Below, in pieces: positions 1-8,866 of a DNA stretch of 64,000 nucleotides (positions are counted from its first letter, which is position 1; every line of letters begins with the position of its first letter). Source of the stretch: Hyphomicrobiales bacterium (GTDB lineage Bacteria > Bacteroidota > Bacteroidia > Bacteroidales > JBGRPZ01); contig JBGRPZ010000009.1 in NCBI GenBank assembly GCA_041725915.1, forward strand, positions 499-64,498, written 5' to 3'. The notes under the pieces were generated by a model. The model saw only the letters and a program-made list of their open reading frames with translations, was not told the origin of the DNA and did not search any database. The translations under genes and the position numbers were made by a program.

Positions 1-1
1 G

Positions 2-349
2 GTCATGAGTTTTCCAGAAGACTTCCAGAAGATCCTTGAAAGAGACCAACTCAGGATCATAGACAATCTGTGCTACTTCCACATAACCAGTTTGACCAGA
101 ACAAACTTCAGCATAAGAAGGGTTCTTGAGAGTTCCACCAGTATAGCCAACAGTTACAGATTTAACGCCTTTCAGTTCTTGAAATAAAGCTTCAATACAC
201 CAGAAGCATCCAGCTCCGAAAGTGGCAGTATCATAATTTTGGGTCATTTTATGTTCCTCCATATTAATGTTAGATGCTTTTATCGTCTTGCCATTTAGTC
301 CAGTTATACTTAGAATAATAATGGTCAATATAAAGATAGTCTTATTCAT
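2..349 (-). CDS. msrA: peptide-methionine (S)-S-oxide reductase MsrA, 5' part only (gene runs off the left window edge)
   Basis: Not in the ORF track because there is no stop in the window. My minus-strand translation from the ATG at 349 reads MNKTIFILTIIILSITGLNG...MTQNYDTATFGAGCFWCIEALFQELKGVKSVTVGYTGGTLKNPSYAEVCSGQTGYVEVAQIVYDPELVSFKDLLEVFWKTHD. The GCFWC active-site motif and the following blocks are diagnostic of MsrA. The hydrophobic N-terminus suggests export. An alternative start is the MTQNYD Met. Confidence 0.85.
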   Translation of the reverse strand, partial: MNKTIFILTIIILSITGLNGKTIKASNINMEEHKMTQNYDTATFGAGCFWCIEALFQELKGVKSVTVGYTGGTLKNPSYAEVCSGQTGYVEVAQIVYDPELVSFKDLLEVFWKTHD

Positions 350-354
350 AGCTG

Positions 355-1146
355 TCATTGTTTTAGGTTGTGATAGATTGCCCCGGAAATATGCCCGTTA
401 GTATTGTCCTGTATAAAAAGAACAATTGACATATTATTTCGTTCAAGGTCTTCAGGTAAATCTACAGAACCTTTGATAGACTTCATTTTAGAGATAGGAA
501 TCTTTATTAGAGTTCTAGCAATATTAGTGTTTTTGAGTGTTCGTCCTTTATTTTCACCTTCTTTCACATTTGTAGAAGCATTATTTTGAAGGAGAGTAAT
601 ATAAATGTCTTTATCTTTTGTTGTTCCATCAATATCAGCAGAAAAGAAGAGCTTATTGTCTTTATAGTTAGTTTTGAGGTTTGATATTGCGTTTCTAGGT
701 TTTTTCTCTAATACGTTATTAATTGTTTGTTCAACTCTTATCTTATCAGAACCTATCATTTCCATAGATCCATTGATTATGAGTTGGGGAGTATAGACAC
801 TTCTCAGCCCAAACAACTCAGCATAATTATATTGTCTCATAGAGAACAAAGCTTTACTGAAAGGATCCTTCCAGCCTAAGTAATTCCAATAATCAACATG
901 ATAGTTTATAGAAATGATATTCATGTTTGTTTTCCATGCCTTATCTTGAATAGACGAAATTAACTCATCTGCTGGAGGGCATGAGTTGCATCCCTGAGAG
1001 CTGTAGAGTTCCAAAAGGGCAAAGCCTCTATTATTATCTTTAGGGTAATAGCCTTGAGCAGAAACAGGACAAGCATTAAATAAAGATGGCAACATTATCA
1101 TCATTATTAATGCCAATATTGAGTCTTTGAGATATATCTTTTTCAT
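355..1146 (-). CDS. DUF1223-family secreted thioredoxin-like protein
   Basis: ORF 355..1185. The longest form starts at a GTG; I prefer the ATG at 1146 (MKKIYLKDSILALIMMIMLPSLFNA, signal-like). The block LELYSSQGCNSCPPADELIS matches the conserved CxxC region of DUF1223 proteins. It ends 6 nt upstream of the msrA start on the same strand. Confidence 0.7.
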   Translation of the reverse strand: MKKIYLKDSILALIMMIMLPSLFNACPVSAQGYYPKDNNRGFALLELYSSQGCNSCPPADELISSIQDKAWKTNMNIISINYHVDYWNYLGWKDPFSKALFSMRQYNYAELFGLRSVYTPQLIINGSMEMIGSDKIRVEQTINNVLEKKPRNAISNLKTNYKDNKLFFSADIDGTTKDKDIYITLLQNNASTNVKEGENKGRTLKNTNIARTLIKIPISKMKSIKGSVDLPEDLERNNMSIVLFIQDNTNGHISGAIYHNLKQ

Positions 1147-1273
1147 AATTAAGCCTTTTGTGATGAATAAAGATTCTTCGTACACTGAGGATTAGTTTAG
1201 TTCTATGAATAATCTTATATAGCTATCAGCAAAAAGTATTAACTTGCAGCCAACAGAAATAGAAGAGTAAATT

Positions 1274-1633
1274 ATGATAAAGAGATTTGTTGTTTTGACA
1301 TTTTGTATGGGCTTGCTCTGTTTCTCATGTGAGAAAGAATTGCAGAAGGTATGCCCTGAAGGTAGTTTACCACGTACTAGTAACGTGATCTATAATGCGC
1401 ACTTTAAGACAGAGGTTAATATAAGTGCAAAAGATCTGAAGGCTCAGGATACTATCTATCTTTATATAGTAGATATAAAGAGCCCATATAATAAAGAGCA
1501 AACTATAGTAGGAAAAGTTTATGATAGTAAAATAAACCTTTCCCACATTTTTCAGATAGGAGAGAAGTACTTGCTACAGACAGCTGTAGAAGATGAAAAA
1601 TATACTTATACATACGAAAACCTCTGCCCATAG
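1274..1633 (+). CDS. hypothetical small lipoprotein
   Basis: 119-aa ORF with a hydrophobic N-terminus and a lipobox-like LLCFSC. No family recognised. A hairpin terminator overlaps its 3' end. Confidence 0.45.
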   Translation: MIKRFVVLTFCMGLLCFSCEKELQKVCPEGSLPRTSNVIYNAHFKTEVNISAKDLKAQDTIYLYIVDIKSPYNKEQTIVGKVYDSKINLSHIFQIGEKYLLQTAVEDEKYTYTYENLCP

Positions 1634-1644
1634 CAGAGGTTTTC
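1616..1644. terminator. bidirectional hairpin terminator between the lipoprotein gene and cysK
   Basis: GAAAACCTCTGC-ccata-GCAGAGGTTTTC is a perfect 12-bp stem, T-rich on the plus side, located between convergent genes. Confidence 0.6.
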
Positions 1645-1645
1645 T

Positions 1646-2557
1646 TTAGAATAGTCCATCAATAGAAAGGTATCTTTCTCCTGTATCGTAGTTGAAAGTC
1701 AGTATTCTTGAATTTTTAGGGATACTGCTTAGTTTCTTTCTTATAGCAGCTATAGAAGCACCAGTACTTATTCCAGCAAGTAGACCTTCATTCAGAGCTA
1801 AGTTTTTAGCTTCCATAAAAGCATCTTCCTTTGTAACAGATATTGTTCCATCAATACTATCCATATGTAGATTTTCAGGGATGAAACCAGCACCTATACC
1901 TTGTATTGGATGGGGGCCGGGTTTACCTCCAGAGATTACAGGAGAATCAATAGGTTCCACAGCAAAGGCCTGCATATGAGAGAACTTTTCTTTGAGGACT
2001 TCAGCTACACCAGTAATATGTCCACCAGTACCTACACCAGTGATCAGATAGTCAACACCATCAGGAAGATCCTGAATGATTTCTTTTGCAGTAGTGTTTC
2101 TATGTATGTTTATATTCGAAATGTTATCAAACTGGGAAGGCATCCATGCTTTTGGATTAGCAGCAACCATTTCCTTTGCTTTCTCAATAGCTCCGGGCAT
2201 TCCCTTTTCTTTAGGGGTGAGTACAAATTCAGCACCAAATGTAGCCATCAGTTTACGTCTTTCTATAGACATTGATTCAGGCATTACCAGAATCAACTTC
2301 AATTTTTTGACAGCGGCAACCATTGCAAGGCCTACACCAGTATTTCCGGATGTAGGTTCAATAAGTATAGAGCTTTTATCAATGATACCTGCATTTTCAG
2401 CATCATGAATCATTGAATAAGCAATCCTGTCTTTTATACTACCAGCAGGATTAGATTTTTCTAGTTTTATATATACTTCATAATCCTCACTAAACGTATT
2501 GTTAAGTTTTAGTATAGGAGTATTACCAATCAGGTCTAGGATGTTATTAGCTTTCAT
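1646..2557 (-). CDS. cysK: cysteine synthase A (O-acetylserine sulfhydrylase)
   Basis: 303 aa. Blocks [21 protein letters not shown] (PLP-lysine motif), [12 protein letters not shown] and [10 protein letters not shown] are typical of CysK. It starts 7 nt downstream of cysE. Confidence 0.9.
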   Translation of the reverse strand: MKANNILDLIGNTPILKLNNTFSEDYEVYIKLEKSNPAGSIKDRIAYSMIHDAENAGIIDKSSILIEPTSGNTGVGLAMVAAVKKLKLILVMPESMSIERRKLMATFGAEFVLTPKEKGMPGAIEKAKEMVAANPKAWMPSQFDNISNINIHRNTTAKEIIQDLPDGVDYLITGVGTGGHITGVAEVLKEKFSHMQAFAVEPIDSPVISGGKPGPHPIQGIGAGFIPENLHMDSIDGTISVTKEDAFMEAKNLALNEGLLAGISTGASIAAIRKKLSSIPKNSRILTFNYDTGERYLSIDGLF

Positions 2558-2563
2558 AATAAT

Positions 2564-3397
2564 TTATATTTGGAAGTCAAGAGGGGCAGCTTCCTGATTT
2601 TGCGACTTTATTTTGATTTCATTCTTGTGATAGACAATGGAATTTGGAGGGATATCTTTAGTGATAAATACGTTACCACCTATGATGCTACCATGACCAA
2701 TAACTGTATCACCTCCTAATATAGTAGCGTTTGAATATATGATAACATTGTCTTCAACGGTAGGATGTCTTTTTTGTGAAGCTAGTTCTTTCTTTACTTG
2801 CAGAGCTCCTAAAGTTACACCTTGATATATTTTGACATTATTATGTATTGCAGTGGTTTCTCCAATGACTATACCAGTACCATGATCAATGAAGAATGCG
2901 TTGCCGATTTGAGCTCCCGGATGTATTTCTATTCCGGTTTTGCTGTGGGCACATTCCATCATCATTCTTGGTATTAATGACACTTTTTCATTGTAAAGAA
3001 TATGACTTAACCTGTATACCATTATAGCATAGAATCCGGGGTAACAAGCAATAACTTCATCAATGGAAGAAGCAGCGGGATCAAAATCATGTATTGCCTG
3101 TGCATCTTCTTTGAGAGCTCTTGCTATTCTAGGAAATGATCCAAAGAATTGTTCACAAATACGATTGTTCTTTCCACAAACATTACTTCCTATAGGGATC
3201 AACAGCGTGCTGAGGAAGTACTCAAGCTGAATGAATTTACTTTGTTCAGATTGATTACAAGCTTTAGTGTTAACAGGAAATAGAATATCACAACACTGAT
3301 CTACAAAAAGTCTTACAATTTCTCTGGAAGGAATCTGGATGTTTTGCGAAGATCTTATCTCTGTAAGTTCTTTTGATATTGAGTCAAATCTGTTCAT
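2564..3397 (-). CDS. cysE: serine O-acetyltransferase
   Basis: 277 aa. C-terminal hexapeptide-repeat beta-helix ([37 protein letters not shown]) follows an N-terminal SATase helical region. Forms an operon with cysK. Confidence 0.85.
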   Translation of the reverse strand: MNRFDSISKELTEIRSSQNIQIPSREIVRLFVDQCCDILFPVNTKACNQSEQSKFIQLEYFLSTLLIPIGSNVCGKNNRICEQFFGSFPRIARALKEDAQAIHDFDPAASSIDEVIACYPGFYAIMVYRLSHILYNEKVSLIPRMMMECAHSKTGIEIHPGAQIGNAFFIDHGTGIVIGETTAIHNNVKIYQGVTLGALQVKKELASQKRHPTVEDNVIIYSNATILGGDTVIGHGSIIGGNVFITKDIPPNSIVYHKNEIKIKSQNQEAAPLDFQI

Positions 3398-3490
3398 TTC
3401 TAGTTGTTTAGTACATTAAAGTTAAGCATAATTCACTAAACTTTAGAGCTAAACCCTTAAATGAACAGATTTGTTTAGGTGAAAATTCTA

Positions 3491-4093
3491 TTATTTATCA
3501 AAGCTATAGTGGCCAATGATTTTATAATCGAATAAACAGTCTTCAATAACTTGACCAAAGCCGATATTATGTACGATTAGATTTCTTGTGCCAAAGAAGC
3601 TTTTGTCATCAATAACAAGACCTATATGAGTTCTGCCATTATCAAGTCTCCAACAAACAATGTCACCAGGATGATAGTCCTTAGGGTCTTTTGTTATCGC
3701 TTTTATCTTGCCAAATCTCTTGAAATATACCATTAGGTTTGGAACACGCCTATGATCAATATTCTTATCAGTAGTTTTTAGTCCCCAGATCTTTGGATAT
3801 AGGTTAAAGTTTGATTTCATATCAAGATGAACTAACTCTTGTAAATCGATACCAAGTTTTCTATAAGCTCTTATTACAACATCAGTACAAACACCTCTAT
3901 TGGCAGGAATGTCTCCCATTGGATAATCAATAGAGTAATAAGAAGGATCATATAAGACAAACTGTTTTGTTAGCTCAATTGCTGCATTTGATAGCTTTTT
4001 CTGGAAGGAGTCCTGAGAAACCCCATAAAGAATAGAAGTAAATAAAAAGAGTAATGTTATTATAATGCGTCTTCTCATAATATAAGTTTTCAT
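3491..4093 (-). CDS. DUF1287 domain protein (secreted)
   Basis: ORF 3491..4114. The first 7 codons overlap the hydG terminator hairpin, so I start at MKTYIM (4093); MRRR at 4078 is equally possible. The block GVCTDVVIRAYRKLGIDLQELVHLDMKSNF...NIDHRRVPNLMVYF matches the DUF1287 family. Confidence 0.65.
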   Translation of the reverse strand: MKTYIMRRRIIITLLFLFTSILYGVSQDSFQKKLSNAAIELTKQFVLYDPSYYSIDYPMGDIPANRGVCTDVVIRAYRKLGIDLQELVHLDMKSNFNLYPKIWGLKTTDKNIDHRRVPNLMVYFKRFGKIKAITKDPKDYHPGDIVCWRLDNGRTHIGLVIDDKSFFGTRNLIVHNIGFGQVIEDCLFDYKIIGHYSFDK

Positions 4094-4103
4094 AAATATA
4101 AAA

Positions 4104-4129
4104 AAAGCTGCCATATAAGTGGCAGCTTT
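4104..4129 (-). terminator. rho-independent terminator of hydG
   Basis: AAAGCTGCC-atataagt-GGCAGCTTT hairpin lies 20 nt after the hydG stop and is followed on the minus strand by a T-run. Confidence 0.65.
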
Positions 4130-4149
4130 AATATATGAATAGTATATCT

Positions 4150-5583
4150 TTAGAAGTACAGGTCTCTTTGTCCTTCTTTTATTTGTTCAAGACGTTTTCT
4201 TATCTCAGGGACATTCTTCTGACCTGAGCTTTCAAGCTTTTGAAGCTCTTTTTCTATCATCTTCCATCCTTTTTTTACAACACTAGGCTTTGCATAGTCT
4301 GATAGATATTCAGCTAGTGTAAGCATAGCATTAGGAGTGCAGAATCTTTTGATGAATCCAGGAACAGAGAATTCCATAAAGTGTTCTCCCGTTCGTCCTA
4401 GTCTATAACAGGCAGTACAGAAAGAAGGTAAGTATTCACCCTCAAGTAACTCTTCAATGACTTCCCCTAAAGTTCTATTGTCATTGATCATGAATTGCTC
4501 TCTGTTGAGGTCTTGTTCATCACCTTCAGTTTCAGCATAAGAACCAATCTCAAGCTTAGTTCCACCATCGATTTGAGAAACACCATACTTTAATACTTCA
4601 TCACGTACCTTATAACTTTCTCTGGCTGTAAGAATTAATCCGGTGTAAGGAACAGCAAGTCTTAATATAGCTACCAGTCTAGTAAAATCTTCATCAGATA
4701 CTATATATTCTCCATTACAGTCAAGGGAAGAAGCTTCTTGAATTCTAGGGAAAGAGATTGTGTGAGGGCCAACATTATAGCAAGCTTCTAAGTGATTGGT
4801 ATGTCTAACAAGAGATAGAACCTCATATCTCCAATCATAAAGGCCAAATAAAGCACCAATACCTACATCATCAAGACCAGCTTCCTGAGCTCTATCCAGA
4901 GAAGTAAGCCTGTAGCTAAAATCTCTTTTCTTTCCACCAAGATGATATTGTGCGTAAGTTTCCGGGTGATAAGTTTCCTGAAATATTTGATATGTGCCAA
5001 TGCCAGCTTCTTTTACTGTTTTAAAGCCTTCAATATCCAATGGAGCAGCATTGATGTTTACTCTTCTGATTTCTCCATTGCCTTCTTTTACACTATAGAC
5101 AAGTTTGGCAGTATGTGCAATATATTCAGGGCTATACTCTCTATGTTCACCATAGACAAGAATCAGGCGTTTTTGCCCTGAGTTCTCAAGTGCTTTAACT
5201 TCTTTTTCCAGCTCTCCATCTGATAAGGTTTTTCTGATGGCTTCAGTATTAGAAGAGCGAAAGCCGCAATATTTGCAGTTGTTCATACACTTGTTTCCTA
5301 CATATAGAGGAGCAAAGAGTACTATCCTATTTCCATAGACATTTTCCTTTAATCGTTGAGCACCTTCTTTAATTAATTTTATTGACTCTGGATCATTAGC
5401 ATTAATGAGAACAGCTGTTTCTTCAAGTGTTAGCCTTTCTTTAGAAAGTGACTTGTTAATAATTTCAATAACTCTCTCTTTGGTGGCTTTGCTGTTATTC
5501 AAAAAGTCCCAAATTTCATTCGAATCAATGAAAGGCTCCATAGGCCTATCAGGAATACTGCAAATTTCTGGTTTAAACTTCAT
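4150..5583 (-). CDS. hydG: [FeFe]-hydrogenase H-cluster radical SAM maturase HydG
   Basis: 477 aa. Radical SAM CX3CX2C motif (CMNNCKYC). The C-terminal CX2CX22C motif is exactly present (CTAC + 22 residues + CTPNA). Length and C-terminal domain distinguish it from ThiH. Confidence 0.8.
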   Translation of the reverse strand: MKFKPEICSIPDRPMEPFIDSNEIWDFLNNSKATKERVIEIINKSLSKERLTLEETAVLINANDPESIKLIKEGAQRLKENVYGNRIVLFAPLYVGNKCMNNCKYCGFRSSNTEAIRKTLSDGELEKEVKALENSGQKRLILVYGEHREYSPEYIAHTAKLVYSVKEGNGEIRRVNINAAPLDIEGFKTVKEAGIGTYQIFQETYHPETYAQYHLGGKKRDFSYRLTSLDRAQEAGLDDVGIGALFGLYDWRYEVLSLVRHTNHLEACYNVGPHTISFPRIQEASSLDCNGEYIVSDEDFTRLVAILRLAVPYTGLILTARESYKVRDEVLKYGVSQIDGGTKLEIGSYAETEGDEQDLNREQFMINDNRTLGEVIEELLEGEYLPSFCTACYRLGRTGEHFMEFSVPGFIKRFCTPNAMLTLAEYLSDYAKPSVVKKGWKMIEKELQKLESSGQKNVPEIRKRLEQIKEGQRDLYF

Positions 5584-5619
5584 TCTCTTGGACTTTCTAT
5601 ATTATATATAATTAGGGTA

Positions 5620-5650
5620 CAAAAATACTTCAATTAAGTAATCTTGCAAA
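5620..5650 (-). promoter_or_regulatory. Bacteroidetes-type promoter (-33 TTTG / -7 TAnnTTTG) for hydG
   Basis: On the minus strand, TTTG (5647-5650) is followed by 19 nt and then TATTTTTG (5620-5627), 37 nt upstream of the hydG ATG. This matches the Bacteroides sigma-ABfr consensus TTTG-N19-21-TAnnTTTG. Confidence 0.5.
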
Positions 5651-5948
5651 GTCTAACCTGTTTATTCATGTAATTTTTACTATATCCAAACAATAGCAAA
5701 AGGGTTAGATTGCTTACAAAACATGTATTATTACATAATATTGTTATGATGGCTTCTAAATAAGATACTGCTTAATTGTAGTCATTATTGCTAAATATAA
5801 TTAAGTTTTTCATTTTATTGACGGTTAATGGCTATCAAACTGTAATTTTTGATTTATAAGAGAGTCTGTATGTCTATAATTGGATATTAATAGCTTTAAA
5901 TTGATATCTCTATTAATTACATTTGCTGTTTAAAAACAAACATTTATC

Positions 5949-7220
5949 ATGAGATCATTTTTATTAACATTTCTATTACTACTGACTTTGCCGTTTTATG
6001 GGCAAAACCTTAGAAAAGCCAAACGCTTGGTGAAAGAACTTTCTTCTGAGAAATACTATGGAAGAGGATATGTAAATAAAGGAGATAGTCTTGCCGCTGA
6101 TTACCTAGGTCAATATATGGACAAGATGGGACTGAATAAATATGACGGAATAAGATTTCAGGATTATTCAGTGTCTGTAAATACATGGCCAACTACAATT
6201 TCACTTAGGATTGATGATAAACAACTAGAGTTAGGAGAAGATTATCTTATAGAGACTAGCAGTTTTCCTGTTCAGGGATCTTTTCCAATAGTCAAGCTTA
6301 ATAAGTCAACAATGAAATCTGGCAGGAAGTTGTCGAAGGTTTTAAACAGTGATTTATCCAATTCTTTTATGTTGGTTGACACTACAGGGATAAACAATCC
6401 TGAGTTACATCTTTTTGCACAGAATCTACTGACAAGTGGTGTATTGAAGAATAAAGGTACAGTTATCAGCTCAAAAAGGAAGGTTAGAAGTGGTGGAGCT
6501 AGTTTTGTAAGTGATAATTTCAATATACATGTAAATAGAGGAATAGTTAATCCTAAAGCCGATTCTATACATATAGATGCTCAAAGTGTTTTTGTTGAAG
6601 ATTACAAAACAAGGAATGTTATTGGCTTTATCCAAGGACAAGTAGACACATGTATTGTATTTTGTGCACATTATGATCACTTGGGGATGATGGGGGATAT
6701 TATGTTTCCGGGAGCTAATGATAATGCAAGTGGAGTTGCAATGGTTTTAGATATGGCAAGTCATTATTTAAAGCAAAAGGATAATTACTATTCAAAGCTT
6801 TTTATTCTTTTCAGTGGAGAAGAAATTGGATTGAAAGGGTCAAAGCATTATGTAGACAATCCTGTTTATCCAATGGACAAAACTTTGATGGCTATCAATT
6901 TTGATATGGTGGGTAATGGTGATGGAGGTACATATATCTTCAATGCTAAAGCGTATAAAGGTGTATGGGATAGATTTGATCAGATTAATAAAGAGAAGGA
7001 TTATTTGAAGATATTATATGGAGGAGGTATGACATGCTCTAGTGATCATTGTCCATTTCACTTAAAAGGTAAAGAAGGCTTATTCTTTTATACAGAAATA
7101 GGAGACGATCAAAAGTTATATTATCATCAGCCAAAGGATAAAGAGAATACAATTAACTATTCAGCTTATAAAGGAATATTCAGGCTTGTTCGTGATTATG
7201 TCCAAGGTTTGAGAGATTAG
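5949..7220 (+). CDS. M28 family zinc aminopeptidase (secreted)
   Basis: 423 aa with a signal peptide. Zn-ligand blocks HYDHLG, ANDNASGVA, FSGEEIGLKGS, NFDMVG and SDHCPF are typical of peptidase family M28. Confidence 0.8.
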   Translation: MRSFLLTFLLLLTLPFYGQNLRKAKRLVKELSSEKYYGRGYVNKGDSLAADYLGQYMDKMGLNKYDGIRFQDYSVSVNTWPTTISLRIDDKQLELGEDYLIETSSFPVQGSFPIVKLNKSTMKSGRKLSKVLNSDLSNSFMLVDTTGINNPELHLFAQNLLTSGVLKNKGTVISSKRKVRSGGASFVSDNFNIHVNRGIVNPKADSIHIDAQSVFVEDYKTRNVIGFIQGQVDTCIVFCAHYDHLGMMGDIMFPGANDNASGVAMVLDMASHYLKQKDNYYSKLFILFSGEEIGLKGSKHYVDNPVYPMDKTLMAINFDMVGNGDGGTYIFNAKAYKGVWDRFDQINKEKDYLKILYGGGMTCSSDHCPFHLKGKEGLFFYTEIGDDQKLYYHQPKDKENTINYSAYKGIFRLVRDYVQGLRD

Positions 7221-7236
7221 ATATCATATAAGATAG

Positions 7237-7260
7237 AATCAAGGGGTCTCTCCCTTGATT
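7237..7260. terminator. bidirectional hairpin between convergent M28 and TPR genes
   Basis: AATCAAGGG-gtctct-CCCTTGATT has a 9-bp stem and a T-rich flank. Confidence 0.55.
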
Positions 7261-8622
7261 TTATCTTTCAAACTGTTCATTCATAATTATAGCACGAGTC
7301 ATTATTTCAGAATACTTTTCTTCATCAGTATCATATTCTTCAGGATTAAACTCTCTCATTATAATAAGAGCTTCCTCTAATAACTTCTTTGCAGATTTCT
7401 TATCAATACCTAAATCAGAATAGAATACGGCAAGATTTAACAGAGTTCCTGCATAATCAATAGCATGTTCTTCAGGATCTTCTTTCAATAGTTCTTGTCT
7501 GATATTTAATGATTTGAAAAGAAGTTTTTCTACTTTCTCAACTTCCTTCTTTTCCATATATATTGCTGAAAGATTATTGAGTATTGCAGATTCTTCTGCT
7601 TTTATAAATGAATTAGGATGGGGGACTTTCTGTATATAATTTAATGCCTTTCGATAGAATTCTTTAGAGTTATTAATGACCCTTGAAATCATATAATAGT
7701 CTCCAAGTTCTTGAGAGATCTTTGCGAAGATTTCAAGGAAAGGATATTGTTGATGTTTAGATAGGTCTTCAAAGAATAATTCAGTATCAATAAAATTATG
7801 AGTTGCATTTTCAAAATCACCATCCTGAATAAGTAGTTGTATCCAGAGCATATTTACACTTAGTCGGATTTCAACCATAGATGAATGTTTGATTCTAAGG
7901 TCTTCTAGTAGGGAAATAGCAATTTGGCAATAATGAACGGCTTCTTTAGTATTTAGTTGATCCTTACACAAGCGAGAGATTTTGTAATTAAGAGTAATGT
8001 ATAATCTCAATAATTTGTCTTTACTTTCATCATCAAGAGTATTATAAAACTCTAATGCCTTTAAGTAATGAAGCTTTGCTAAGCCAAACTTATCAGTGAA
8101 ATAGTAATAATCTCCAATTCCGTCTATGTAAATGAATAGATCATAAATGTAATGTTCAGGATCTATAAGTAAGAGTTCGTTTGCTAGATTTTTACAAGTG
8201 ATAAATTCTTTTCTTGCTTTTCTGAAGAAACCATCTCTAAGGTATAAGTTACCAAGGCTAAACTTAATTCTGAGAATACTATTTATTTGATCATTAAACT
8301 CATCATTAACCTTAATATCGCCAAGGAGAGAAAGTGCTTTTTTAAAATAGTAAACAGATTGACTTCTGTCATCTTCTTCTTGATATAAATATGCAAGATG
8401 GATTAAGCCAAGGATATATTTATACTTATATTTTTCTGGCTCTTTTTTTCTTTGATTATTTACCTCTTCAAGAAGGTCAATGGTAACTTCTATTTCTTTA
8501 TGTAATTCTGAACGATTTAATCTTAAAGTAAAAGGATTATTAAGATCTAAATTACATTCCAGAAGTTGAAGAGTTTCTTGTTTTTCTTGTTCAATAATGG
8601 GGAAGGAGCTTTTTTGTCTCAT
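7261..8622 (-). CDS. tetratricopeptide (TPR) repeat protein, cytoplasmic
   Basis: 453 aa with no signal peptide. Repeated 34-aa-like helical pairs show the A/Y/L pattern (e.g. YYFKKALSLLGD, HYLKALEFYN, EFYRKALNYIQK, KLLEEALIIMRE). Confidence 0.55.
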   Translation of the reverse strand: MRQKSSFPIIEQEKQETLQLLECNLDLNNPFTLRLNRSELHKEIEVTIDLLEEVNNQRKKEPEKYKYKYILGLIHLAYLYQEEDDRSQSVYYFKKALSLLGDIKVNDEFNDQINSILRIKFSLGNLYLRDGFFRKARKEFITCKNLANELLLIDPEHYIYDLFIYIDGIGDYYYFTDKFGLAKLHYLKALEFYNTLDDESKDKLLRLYITLNYKISRLCKDQLNTKEAVHYCQIAISLLEDLRIKHSSMVEIRLSVNMLWIQLLIQDGDFENATHNFIDTELFFEDLSKHQQYPFLEIFAKISQELGDYYMISRVINNSKEFYRKALNYIQKVPHPNSFIKAEESAILNNLSAIYMEKKEVEKVEKLLFKSLNIRQELLKEDPEEHAIDYAGTLLNLAVFYSDLGIDKKSAKKLLEEALIIMREFNPEEYDTDEEKYSEIMTRAIIMNEQFER

Positions 8623-8815
8623 AAGAGAATTGATTTAGATCGGAATTAGTGAATTGTAGAGAAGAAAAAGATAGTTGATTTTGTATATTAAAGATACGAT
8701 CTTTTTAGGATTATATAAACTTGCAGGCTTTTTTTTATAACAATATTTGATAATGAAAGCTATTCCTATTATGTAGAACTACATAGTACAATTATATGTT
8801 TTAGGAGATATAAAT

Positions 8816-8847
8816 AAAAAGCAGATTTAATATTAAATCTGCTTTTT
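8816..8847 (-). terminator. terminator of the S9 peptidase gene
   Basis: GCAGATTTAATATTAAATCTGC palindromic hairpin is flanked by A5/T5 runs, 20 nt after the stop. Confidence 0.6.
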
Positions 8848-8866
8848 ATTTAAGGTTTATGATGGT

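Noticed and set aside
5-187. 60-aa plus-strand ORF at the window start.
   Set aside because: It is antisense to the well-supported msrA reading frame.
1692-2408. Three plus-strand ORFs (95-124 aa) inside cysK. Similar antisense or embedded ORFs from the track lie inside hydG, ligA, the cyclase, arcA, the PfkB kinase, NhaC, glxK, C25, ipdC, tricorn, MBOAT and the S8 genes.
   Set aside because: All lie inside genes with strong family motifs on the opposite strand or in another frame. They are low-complexity and have no motifs of their own.
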